IMG/VR virus record: IMGVR_UViG_3300017785_009958
Direction: 5' to 3' (one strand)
Source: an uncultured virus (IMG/VR IMGVR_UViG_3300017785_009958)
Lineage: Duplodnaviria; Heunggongvirae; Uroviricota; Caudoviricetes
Length of the DNA: 64,000 nucleotides
Shown: positions 49,179 through 57,143 of the stretch, one piece after another
Layout of the letters: each line of letters starts with the position of its first letter
Numbering within the stretch: position 1 is the stretch's first letter
Program-made: the position numbers and the translations under genes
The notes under the pieces: generated by a model
What the model saw: the letters and a program-made list of their open reading frames with translations, nothing else
Databases searched by the model: none
What the model was told of the DNA's origin: nothing

Positions 49179-49737
49179 TAAGTTTTATTTTAATCGCTTC
49201 CATTCGTTCTTCAACTGTTCCTTTTAAAATAGTTACCTTACCTTTTAATCTTTCATCAGATAACCAAAAGTTTTCATACTTATCAATAATTGCATCTCTA
49301 AATTCCTTATTAATACTTCTCTCACCATCATCAACTAACGGAACATCATGCGGACTTGGATAAAAGATATGATCATATTTGTTGATATAGTTTACATAGT
49401 ACATTAATCCTAAGCTATTAGACACAGGAAAATCATTCAGTCTGTCACGAGCAAAATAACTCGTAAATATCATTCCATCCATTATACAACGGTCATGCAA
49501 TATACCTTGAAATCCAAATCCTTTATAATTATAAAATAAATTCTCAAACTCTTTGTTAAGAATTAAAGTCTGAGTTATATCATTTGCACCTGCCTCGTTA
49601 ATATCCACCCCATGCTCGCGTTTAATTAGTCTCGTGACTTCATCAATATAGCATAACTTCGAACCATAATACTCTTTACATTTCTTTAAAAGAGTAGTCT
49701 TACCCGAACACTGAGGACCTGTAAATGTAAATATCAT
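49159..49737 (-). CDS. P-loop NMP/dNMP-kinase-like protein (AAA_28)
   Basis: FTGPQCSGKTTL, DRCIMDG, YDHIFY, DDGERS, GTVEER. Confidence 0.72.
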   Translation of the reverse strand: MIFTFTGPQCSGKTTLLKKCKEYYGSKLCYIDEVTRLIKREHGVDINEAGANDITQTLILNKEFENLFYNYKGFGFQGILHDRCIMDGMIFTSYFARDRLNDFPVSNSLGLMYYVNYINKYDHIFYPSPHDVPLVDDGERSINKEFRDAIIDKYENFWLSDERLKGKVTILKGTVEERMEAIKIKLNEYAIR

Positions 49738-49904
49738 TTTTTAAGTATTTTAGCTGAATATTCTAACTCAATGCCATATAAAAGTTCTTTTAATGTTTTT
49801 ACTTCTTCACGAAGAACACGATTTGTTTGTTCAGATGCTTCTAGTTTTTTCTGCAAAGCAGTCTTACTTTCGGTTACTCGTCTATACCAATGCATTAAAG
49901 ACAT
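49734..49904 (-). CDS. Small coiled-coil protein, 56 aa (absent from ORF track)
   Basis: MSLMHWYRRVTESKTALQKKLEASEQTNRVLREEVKTLKELL...; fills the gap and its stop overlaps the kinase ATG. Confidence 0.55.
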   Translation of the reverse strand: MSLMHWYRRVTESKTALQKKLEASEQTNRVLREEVKTLKELLYGIELEYSAKILKK

Positions 49905-49906
49905 CT

Positions 49907-50254
49907 TTATTTACCCCACTTACCATTATATACTATTTCTGCAATAATGCCATACACTGCAGAATCTCTAAATGCATCCATAACTGGTTCGTTTGCAGAG
50001 CTCATTGCTTTTTTCTTTAAAACTAAATTAATTAAGCGCTGAATTTTATCATTAAGACGAACCACAATAGCGGATATTGCAGCAAATTTATCTTCTTGTT
50101 TTACTAGATCAGAACCAAGAGAAATATTACCAGGACCGTAATCAAACTGTTTCTTACAAAATGTCTCATATAATTCAGTCTGTATTTTCTGAAACTCTTT
50201 ACACGTTTCTGGAAAATTTTTTTCTACATATTTAATGGCATCCTCTTTATTCAT
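49907..50254 (-). CDS. DUF1599 / nucleotide-modification-associated domain 1 (Nmad1) protein
   Basis: F.KKQ.DYG..N...R..DK..RL.NL...EP..D.F.D...Y. Confidence 0.75.
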   Translation of the reverse strand: MNKEDAIKYVEKNFPETCKEFQKIQTELYETFCKKQFDYGPGNISLGSDLVKQEDKFAAISAIVVRLNDKIQRLINLVLKKKAMSSANEPVMDAFRDSAVYGIIAEIVYNGKWGK

Positions 50255-51210
50255 AATCTCACTCCGTAATTCACTTTATTTAAATTTAACGAACCGAGAT
50301 TGCAACCACCTGCATAACTAATTGCACTTTGAAGATCTTGCTTTATTTCTTGAAGTTTTTCTTGATACGTAAAAGTATCAGTGTCCATAAGCTTCATTGT
50401 ACCTTCAATATTTTTCTTTTCAATTTTATTATGTACACTGGCAGATCCAAAATATTGCTTGAACCGTCTCCCGCTTGCATCTTTAACAAGAGGTGCGGGG
50501 CTATCTGAGCATGCAGCAAATATAGAACCGCACATCACCATATTAGCGCCTGCAACTAATGCCTTAGCAATATCACCATTACTACGCACACCGCCATCCG
50601 CAATGATAGGAATATTTTTATCTTTTGCACACTCCATAATGCAACTAAACATCGGATAAGTAAATCCTGTCTTGTCTTTTGTTGTGCATGCATATCCGCC
50701 GCCAATACCAACCTTTACAGCATCAGCTCCAGCATCATGCAAATACTCTACACCTTGAAATGATGCAACATTACCAGCAATAATTTTAGCAGACGGCAAT
50801 ACATGTTTAATATGCTTAATCTGATCTGCTACTTTTAAATGGTGACCATGCGCAACATCTATTGTGATGAAATCGACCTTCATCATGCTTTGCCCAATGG
50901 CCGTTAATATATTCTTATCTTTATGCTGTATACCAATGCTTATAGATATGACATTAAATTTACGCGAATTTGCATGCCGTACAAAACTTTGTATATCATT
51001 ATCAAACCGGTGCATAACATAGAAATAACCGTGTTTATCCAAAAGCTCGCATGTGTTCTCATCAATACAGCACTTCATATTAGCAGGAAGAACTGGTAGC
51101 TTAAAATCATATCCGCAGAATAATACGTTTGTATCTATCTCTGCTCTCGACTTTATTGTATTAAAATTAGGCTTGAGAAATACATTCTCGTAATGTAGAG
51201 ATATATCCAT
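50251..51210 (-). CDS. guaC: GMP reductase
   Basis: PANM, MHRF, TIDVAHGH, IAGNV, KVGIG.G..CTT...TG, IADGG, GDIAKA, Y.GSAS, DLQSAISYAG. Confidence 0.92.
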   Translation of the reverse strand: MDISLHYENVFLKPNFNTIKSRAEIDTNVLFCGYDFKLPVLPANMKCCIDENTCELLDKHGYFYVMHRFDNDIQSFVRHANSRKFNVISISIGIQHKDKNILTAIGQSMMKVDFITIDVAHGHHLKVADQIKHIKHVLPSAKIIAGNVASFQGVEYLHDAGADAVKVGIGGGYACTTKDKTGFTYPMFSCIMECAKDKNIPIIADGGVRSNGDIAKALVAGANMVMCGSIFAACSDSPAPLVKDASGRRFKQYFGSASVHNKIEKKNIEGTMKLMDTDTFTYQEKLQEIKQDLQSAISYAGGCNLGSLNLNKVNYGVRL

Positions 51211-51211
51211 T

Positions 51212-51784
51212 TTAACGTTCTAAAATTTTATATGCTGTAAAGAAGCTTTTCCAGAGGTCTAAAGCAGTATCACGTAGTGCACCATATACACCGTCAAGAG
51301 TCATGCCCTCAATGCTTACTCCCTGACTCATTAATATATCTCCCTCATCTACACCCGGTGTAACTCTATGTATAACACAGCCTGCAAGTTTATAGCCCTC
51401 TATAAAGGCTCTTTCTTGGGGGTTATATCCCTTAAGCGCGGGAAACTTATCAATAAGACCAGGATGTAAATTATATATTTCATACTGTTCACAAATTTCT
51501 TTTGGAATTATTCTTAGATATCCGTGTAATGTAATTATAGGATTATCATACCTTGATAAAACATTTTTATAGTCTATTAATTCAGGTTTAGGCGGAATAT
51601 GACACCAGCAATGCGTCATATTAAGTTTTGTTGCTCTAAATGTTGTCAGTTCGATAAGCTTTTTATTTACTCCATCTGTATTATGTTTATTGTGAATTAC
51701 GCAATCAGGATATATTCCTAACGCATTACTAAGATCATAAATCTCAGTACCTGTTTGAGAGAAAAATGTTACCCAAGGTCTCAT
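51212..51784 (-). CDS. PurN-like formyltransferase, probable DpdN (preQ1 formyltransferase)
   Basis: FSQTG, TLHGYLRI, NLHPGL, GCVIH.VT.GVDEG; adjacent to a DpdA-like gene and in the same operon as queF. Confidence 0.8.
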   Translation of the reverse strand: MRPWVTFFSQTGTEIYDLSNALGIYPDCVIHNKHNTDGVNKKLIELTTFRATKLNMTHCWCHIPPKPELIDYKNVLSRYDNPIITLHGYLRIIPKEICEQYEIYNLHPGLIDKFPALKGYNPQERAFIEGYKLAGCVIHRVTPGVDEGDILMSQGVSIEGMTLDGVYGALRDTALDLWKSFFTAYKILER

Positions 51785-52593
51785 CTACGAACAATCTTCT
51801 TAAACATTGTAGTATTATACTTTACAAGTTCAAGCTGACCATCAGTAAAATTATGTGCAATAAGGTCAGCTAATTTTGTTGACGGTTTATTATCTAGTCC
51901 ATAATCAGCATCGTACTTTAATCCATGTATAGCAGCAACAACGGGATTACTGGTATCGCAACTAACAATATTGTGAATATTTCTATCAACATAAAATCTA
52001 AATTCTTTAGCTAAAGAGCAACCAAGAAGATGATGAGGTTTGGTCCAATTCCATACCCCATTACTTATTAAGTCATTTATAAAGCGCTGACGACCGGTGC
52101 ACCACTTTTCGAGATGTGTCCCGCCTTCTCCAGTAATTTGATAGTAACTAAAATCAAAACTAATTGCAATCATATCCGCATTATCTGACATAAACTTATA
52201 GCACTCTTTTAATTCATGCCAAGTCTTGCCCTGTACAGCGCCTATCGCTTTTGTCAAAAAGCTACTCTTAATATCTTTTGTATATACATCAAAGGCTCTA
52301 AAGCTTTGTATTGTGCCTTGAGTATCCTCTAATACATCTGGAACAATAAACATATTAGGTTTAATTTCCTTAGCTTTTATCCAAAATTCTCGACTATCAA
52401 AAGCTTTGCCTAATTCAAAAATAGAGTTATCAAGCAGCACCTCTCTATCATAAGTAAACCTAGCAGATTTAAAAAAATCGTTATATTGAGGATATTGATC
52501 TAATAAATGTACAAGACAGTAATCAAAATCGTTATATTCTTTGGAAAAATCAAGTATCGATACAGGCGACTCATGTGATACTTTCATTAGCAT
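51781..52593 (-). CDS. TGT-fold deazaguanine transglycosylase-like protein (DpdA3-like)
   Basis: LLDNSIFE, IVPDV, GAVQG, HLLG, SCDTS match TGT/DpdA catalytic-barrel motifs; heads the modification operon. Confidence 0.7.
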   Translation of the reverse strand: MLMKVSHESPVSILDFSKEYNDFDYCLVHLLDQYPQYNDFFKSARFTYDREVLLDNSIFELGKAFDSREFWIKAKEIKPNMFIVPDVLEDTQGTIQSFRAFDVYTKDIKSSFLTKAIGAVQGKTWHELKECYKFMSDNADMIAISFDFSYYQITGEGGTHLEKWCTGRQRFINDLISNGVWNWTKPHHLLGCSLAKEFRFYVDRNIHNIVSCDTSNPVVAAIHGLKYDADYGLDNKPSTKLADLIAHNFTDGQLELVKYNTTMFKKIVRR

Positions 52594-52629
52594 ATCTGTA
52601 TTATAAATGTAAATAATAGATAGATCAAC

Positions 52630-55551
52630 ATGAATTATCCAAAATATTACGGTAATTATCTAGGTATAGTTGTACAGAATAATGACCCGCTTAAGAGAGG
52701 TCGCGTTAAGGTGTTTGTGCCACATATATCGCCTACCGTTTACAGCAAATGGGTTGAAACGGGTAAGGACAAATGTTTTAAGTTCTTAGGCAAAAATGTA
52801 TATAGCGACCTTTCAGATGTTCATGATGAACTTAAAAAAATTCTTCCCTGGGCTGAAATTGCGGCTCCTCTTGCCGGAGAAAGCGGTAGCGGAAGATTTA
52901 ATGCACATTTTAATATTGGTACAATTAGTGATAGCAGTAATATAAAGCAAGCTTTTAGTAACGCAGATAATTGTGAAATTGATTACTCAAAAACAAATGA
53001 GTATAGTCAAAATTTAGATAATATTGGTGAAAAGCCAGGCTTTATATATGATGTTTCATACTATAAGTTAAAAGATGCATTTGCAGACCCGCAAGAAAGT
53101 AATGCAAATAATGTAAACATTTTTACCTATAATTATACTCCAGAATGTTACAGCAATTGTGCAAAAGGAGCATTTCCCGTTATAAATGTTGGTGCGCATG
53201 TGTGGGTGTTTTTTAATAATGGTGATCCACTTAAGCCTGTAATCTTTGGAACCTCTTACGGGTCGGATGATTGGGGAAGTATTTTTGGTATTGCTAATAC
53301 TGAGGGTACGCAATTATCTGCAGCGCCAGATGAAGGTATGGATTATCCAGGTGCGTTTGAAAATGCAGCGCTGTCCGGTAGCGAAGTCGGTTATGACATT
53401 AATACAGACACATACCGTAACAAATATGTGTTAAATCAAAAAGGTGGTACTATAGCTATTGTTAATACTGACAACCGTGAAATGCTTAAATTTACTCATT
53501 ACTCCGGTTCATTTAAAGAATTTAATAACCATACTACAATTGAGCTTGCCACAAATAATGATCAAAAGCTAGTTCTCGGCGATTCATTTCTTACTATCCG
53601 AGGATCAAGAAATGAATTTACACAATTTGATTATGACTGTATTGTTAAAGGTGATTTGTATAAAAAAGTTGGTAACCTAGATAGCGAGCTACATAAGCAG
53701 TGGCGCGAAACTGCAAGAGAGATTGCAGATATAAGACAATTATTCGATATACAGAGAACGGGCAGCTATAGTAGCGTCGGTGGTTCAGCGCGCACTGCAC
53801 CGGGTCAATCTAGAAGCGGTACACCGGATAAGTGCCCGGTTTGTAATAAGGATACAAACAAATATAATGCTGTTAATACATCGTACAAGAAAACATATGT
53901 AAATAAAACTAACAGAACAACAGCAAATTCGCAAGGTGACTTTACATTTGCGCAGACTATTCTTCCTGGTGTTGGTGGAGGTAGAGTGCCAAGTGTGCCT
54001 AACCTTGGAAACCTTGCCACGCCTCTAAGAGTTTCACCTACCGATGGATTAGGTGGATCTGTAGATGGAAGTACAGGAATGAATAGACCGGGAATGATTT
54101 TTGGTGAAACATGTCCCGCATGCGGTGGCTCAGGATTAAGCCCAAGTTCTCAAGGTGGAAAATGGTCTACAGAAACAAGAAAAGCAAACCTACAAAACAT
54201 TTTACAACAAAAAATTTGTGAATTAGCTGACATTGAGAAAAAAATGGGCATTGGTGGAAGTGAAATTGTTAATATTACAAAGCATAAAGTTGAAAATATT
54301 GGACAAGCAATGAATGATTATGGTGCTGTTCGAATAGATCCAAAAGGTAAAATGTATGTGTCGGATGTTAAGGTCGCAAAGTATGGTACGTATTACAACA
54401 GAACACCGACACCTCTTGTGGAAATGGTTCAGGTGCCTGATCTCCCCTCTGGTAATTACACTCTTAATGTTGGTAACAAATACAATTGTATGGTAGGCGC
54501 TGGTGGTATGAATATGAAGTCTTACGGTGCAGTTAATATTAGCGGCGCAATGACAAACGTTGCAGGTTCTCAAGTTAATATTTCTAGTGAAAACGAGGTT
54601 ACTATTGATGGAGGTAAGCGTATTAATATTACTGGCGATGTTGTAAGTCTTAAGCAAAGAGATAAGAAGCAAGTTGTTGTTGAAGGGTCTCTGGGTATTA
54701 CGAATAACGCTGCGGTTGCAGGCGGCTTGCATGTTGAGGGTGAAGGTACATTCAATCATATTACAATGCCTAAACAAATTATGGCTACCGAACAAGCACA
54801 AGTCTTCGGTGCAGCTGCAACAGATCAATCAAACGGTAACGGTAAAATTATAGGCTTCGGTGCACCGTTAGCAGATTACCCTACACAGGCAACAGATCCT
54901 AATGGTGGTTTATATTTTAGTCCTGATGTACCGGGTGCTCCAGCGTTTATAGGAATTACTGATATGAAGCTTACGATTGGGCGTATTAGAGGTTCAACTA
55001 GTACAGGTCCAGGCGGCGGTACATGGGATGTGATAGGATACATACCCATTGGTGGTACAACAACATTAAATCCTGCGTTTGGGTGGGTTGCAACAAATGA
55101 GGCTAAAAATGCAGTTGATGCTGGTCCTCCTGTACCTGTACCAATGCCTAATACTGTGCCAATACCCATATATGGTGGCATAGCGGAGGGCGCCGGGACA
55201 GGTCTTGTACCATCTGCTGCTGTAGATTCATTTATCTATGGAACAGGTACACCAACTATCAGAGGCGCTTTCACAAAGAGCGGAGGCGGTACAGCAGACG
55301 GGGGTGTTATACAATCAATAGCTATTAATAATCAAACAGCAGCTAGAATGCCTTTAGCTTTATTCGGTACCGGGCGTCAAGCAGATTCATTTGTATTTGA
55401 ACCGCATAGTCATTTATTCCCTGCACCTGCAATGACATTAACTGATACAAATATGGCTACAAGAGAAAAAGCGGTTGGAAAAGATGCTCCTATTAATGCT
55501 GAACCGCCTGTAAATGCTCCGACATTAACGAACGAACCAGTAACTAATTAG
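52630..55551 (+). CDS. Baseplate hub / tail spike protein (gp5-like), 973 aa, no lysozyme domain recognised
   Basis: Y.GIVVQNNDP..RGRVKV.VP...LPWA OB-fold; VWVFF..GD...P; H.SGS..E; beta-helix repeats; CxxC insertions; C-terminal PHSH. Confidence 0.75.
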   Translation: MNYPKYYGNYLGIVVQNNDPLKRGRVKVFVPHISPTVYSKWVETGKDKCFKFLGKNVYSDLSDVHDELKKILPWAEIAAPLAGESGSGRFNAHFNIGTISDSSNIKQAFSNADNCEIDYSKTNEYSQNLDNIGEKPGFIYDVSYYKLKDAFADPQESNANNVNIFTYNYTPECYSNCAKGAFPVINVGAHVWVFFNNGDPLKPVIFGTSYGSDDWGSIFGIANTEGTQLSAAPDEGMDYPGAFENAALSGSEVGYDINTDTYRNKYVLNQKGGTIAIVNTDNREMLKFTHYSGSFKEFNNHTTIELATNNDQKLVLGDSFLTIRGSRNEFTQFDYDCIVKGDLYKKVGNLDSELHKQWRETAREIADIRQLFDIQRTGSYSSVGGSARTAPGQSRSGTPDKCPVCNKDTNKYNAVNTSYKKTYVNKTNRTTANSQGDFTFAQTILPGVGGGRVPSVPNLGNLATPLRVSPTDGLGGSVDGSTGMNRPGMIFGETCPACGGSGLSPSSQGGKWSTETRKANLQNILQQKICELADIEKKMGIGGSEIVNITKHKVENIGQAMNDYGAVRIDPKGKMYVSDVKVAKYGTYYNRTPTPLVEMVQVPDLPSGNYTLNVGNKYNCMVGAGGMNMKSYGAVNISGAMTNVAGSQVNISSENEVTIDGGKRINITGDVVSLKQRDKKQVVVEGSLGITNNAAVAGGLHVEGEGTFNHITMPKQIMATEQAQVFGAAATDQSNGNGKIIGFGAPLADYPTQATDPNGGLYFSPDVPGAPAFIGITDMKLTIGRIRGSTSTGPGGGTWDVIGYIPIGGTTTLNPAFGWVATNEAKNAVDAGPPVPVPMPNTVPIPIYGGIAEGAGTGLVPSAAVDSFIYGTGTPTIRGAFTKSGGGTADGGVIQSIAINNQTAARMPLALFGTGRQADSFVFEPHSHLFPAPAMTLTDTNMATREKAVGKDAPINAEPPVNAPTLTNEPVTN

Positions 55552-55741
55552 GTCTTGTTTTACGCCAGGCAGTTCTATGATTAGAAACCCAGTCAATTAA
55601 AGCACGCTCAAAACCAACATCCCTACCCTCACGTTCAGACATACACCATTTATGCTTATGTATCTCGTCTCTCTCAGCATGAAACTCTCTATATAGAGCT
55701 GTATTTTGTATTAACACGCAAACTGACGATAAGGTCGTCAT
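55544..55741 (-). CDS. DUF4032-like small protein
   Basis: LYREF.AER.EI..HKW..SE..G.DVGFE.AL.DW...HR..WR; late TAAATA 5 nt upstream. Confidence 0.7.
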   Translation of the reverse strand: MTTLSSVCVLIQNTALYREFHAERDEIHKHKWCMSEREGRDVGFERALIDWVSNHRTAWRKTRPN

Positions 55742-55773
55742 GTTATTATTTAATCATTTTTACAGTAAAATAC

Positions 55774-55821
55774 ATACATCAGTAACCTCAAAAGGTTCCC
55801 ACCTACCCACCCCTGATGTAT
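55774..55821 (-). other. Structured intergenic element: 9-bp stem enclosing a G-rich tract and a 5-bp hairpin
   Basis: atacatcag/ctgatgtat inverted repeat; inner aacct-caaa-aggtt; minus strand reads GGGGTGGGTAGGTGGG. Confidence 0.55.
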
Positions 55822-55849
55822 AAAATACAACTTCTCCTTCAGAATTTAT

Positions 55850-56071
55850 TTATGATTGAGCGGATAATTTTTCTTTAAGACTATTAAAAATTTCTTGCTT
55901 TTCTTCTAGCGCTTGCGGCTTTAATATATCAATAAGTTTTAATACGACAGGTATACGTAGTGCTTTTAATACTTCGAAATTAGGCTCGAACGGTAAAAAT
56001 TTACCACCAATAAGATATAAAATAGAAATTTCTTCTTCCGTGAGGCTGTTAAGCGTATATGAAAAAATCAT
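55850..56071 (-). CDS. Hypothetical protein downstream of nrdB
   Basis: 73-aa ORF overlapping the nrdB stop. Confidence 0.55.
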   Translation of the reverse strand: MIFSYTLNSLTEEEISILYLIGGKFLPFEPNFEVLKALRIPVVLKLIDILKPQALEEKQEIFNSLKEKLSAQS

Positions 56072-57132
56072 AGCTTGATATTATCAAACGTATCTTCAGT
56101 TATATTAGTATCACGTGCACCAATTTTATAAGCAGAAATCTCTGTCTCTTGAGGTGCAACTTGTACCTTGCTACTATCCAAATAACTATCAAGCCACCCT
56201 GCAATTGGATTTTCTTTTTGATTAAAAAGCTTTTTATACCCTAAGGAACGTAATCTATTATCACAAAGCCATTTTGTATAACCACCAAGAACGTCAGGGT
56301 TAAGCCCTAGTAGAGAACCTTTGCTGAACAAATATTGTGCCCACTCAATTTCATTTTTTACAGCTTGCTCATAAACTGCATATACTTTATCTTCACTCTT
56401 TTTAGCGATACTTGTAAATCCTTCTCTATCTTCTTCACGGAATATCTTTAAAAGATTTTGAGTAATACCGAAGTGTAGCGCTTCATCGCGCTGAATAAAC
56501 TTAATAATTTTCGCATTACCTTCCATTTTACCTCGGTAGCCAAAATAAAAACTACAAGCAAAAGAGACATAAAATACAAGACCTTCCATTACATTTGTTG
56601 ATAAAACACAATCATAAATTTTTTCTTTTTTGTCTTTCTTTTCATCTGAGCCAAGAATTTTATCATAATTACCTCTAATTAATTCTGCTCTACTTACAAT
56701 CTCTTTATCCTCCATAATGCTATCAAAAAATTTTGTAGCGTCGGGATGAACGTTATTAAGCAAATATGAATAGCTATAGCTATGAATACCTTCAAATCGT
56801 GCCCATGTATTCATACATATCTCTACTTCAGGATTGGTAACGTACTCTTTTAATGAATGTATAGACCTAGAGAGCATGCTATCTCCTAATGTTTGAAATC
56901 TTAAGTTCTGATCAAATACAAAGCGTTCTTCTGCAGTTAGCTCTTTATAATCACTTCTATCTTTTTGCAAAGCGATTTCATGTGGCCACCAGAAAAACTC
57001 TTCTTGTTTTTTAAACAATTCAAAAAAGACTGGATACTTGAATCTATCATATCTTTGTAAATTTAAATCTTCGCCAAAAAATATTGGCTGCTTTGTATAG
57101 TCGATGTTCTTAAGATTAAGTACAGATTTCAT
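56068..57132 (-). CDS. nrdB: Ribonucleotide reductase class Ia beta subunit
   Basis: FFW.P.E, QT..DS, E.IHS.SY, EG..FYVSFA, RDEALH, VAPQETE. Confidence 0.96.
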   Translation of the reverse strand: MKSVLNLKNIDYTKQPIFFGEDLNLQRYDRFKYPVFFELFKKQEEFFWWPHEIALQKDRSDYKELTAEERFVFDQNLRFQTLGDSMLSRSIHSLKEYVTNPEVEICMNTWARFEGIHSYSYSYLLNNVHPDATKFFDSIMEDKEIVSRAELIRGNYDKILGSDEKKDKKEKIYDCVLSTNVMEGLVFYVSFACSFYFGYRGKMEGNAKIIKFIQRDEALHFGITQNLLKIFREEDREGFTSIAKKSEDKVYAVYEQAVKNEIEWAQYLFSKGSLLGLNPDVLGGYTKWLCDNRLRSLGYKKLFNQKENPIAGWLDSYLDSSKVQVAPQETEISAYKIGARDTNITEDTFDNIKL

Positions 57133-57143
57133 ATAGGTATTTA

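Noticed and set aside
51212..51784. Plain purN as an auxiliary purine-synthesis gene
   Set aside because: No other de novo pur genes in the window, and it sits between a DpdA-like gene and queF; a DpdN role fits better, though it is unproven
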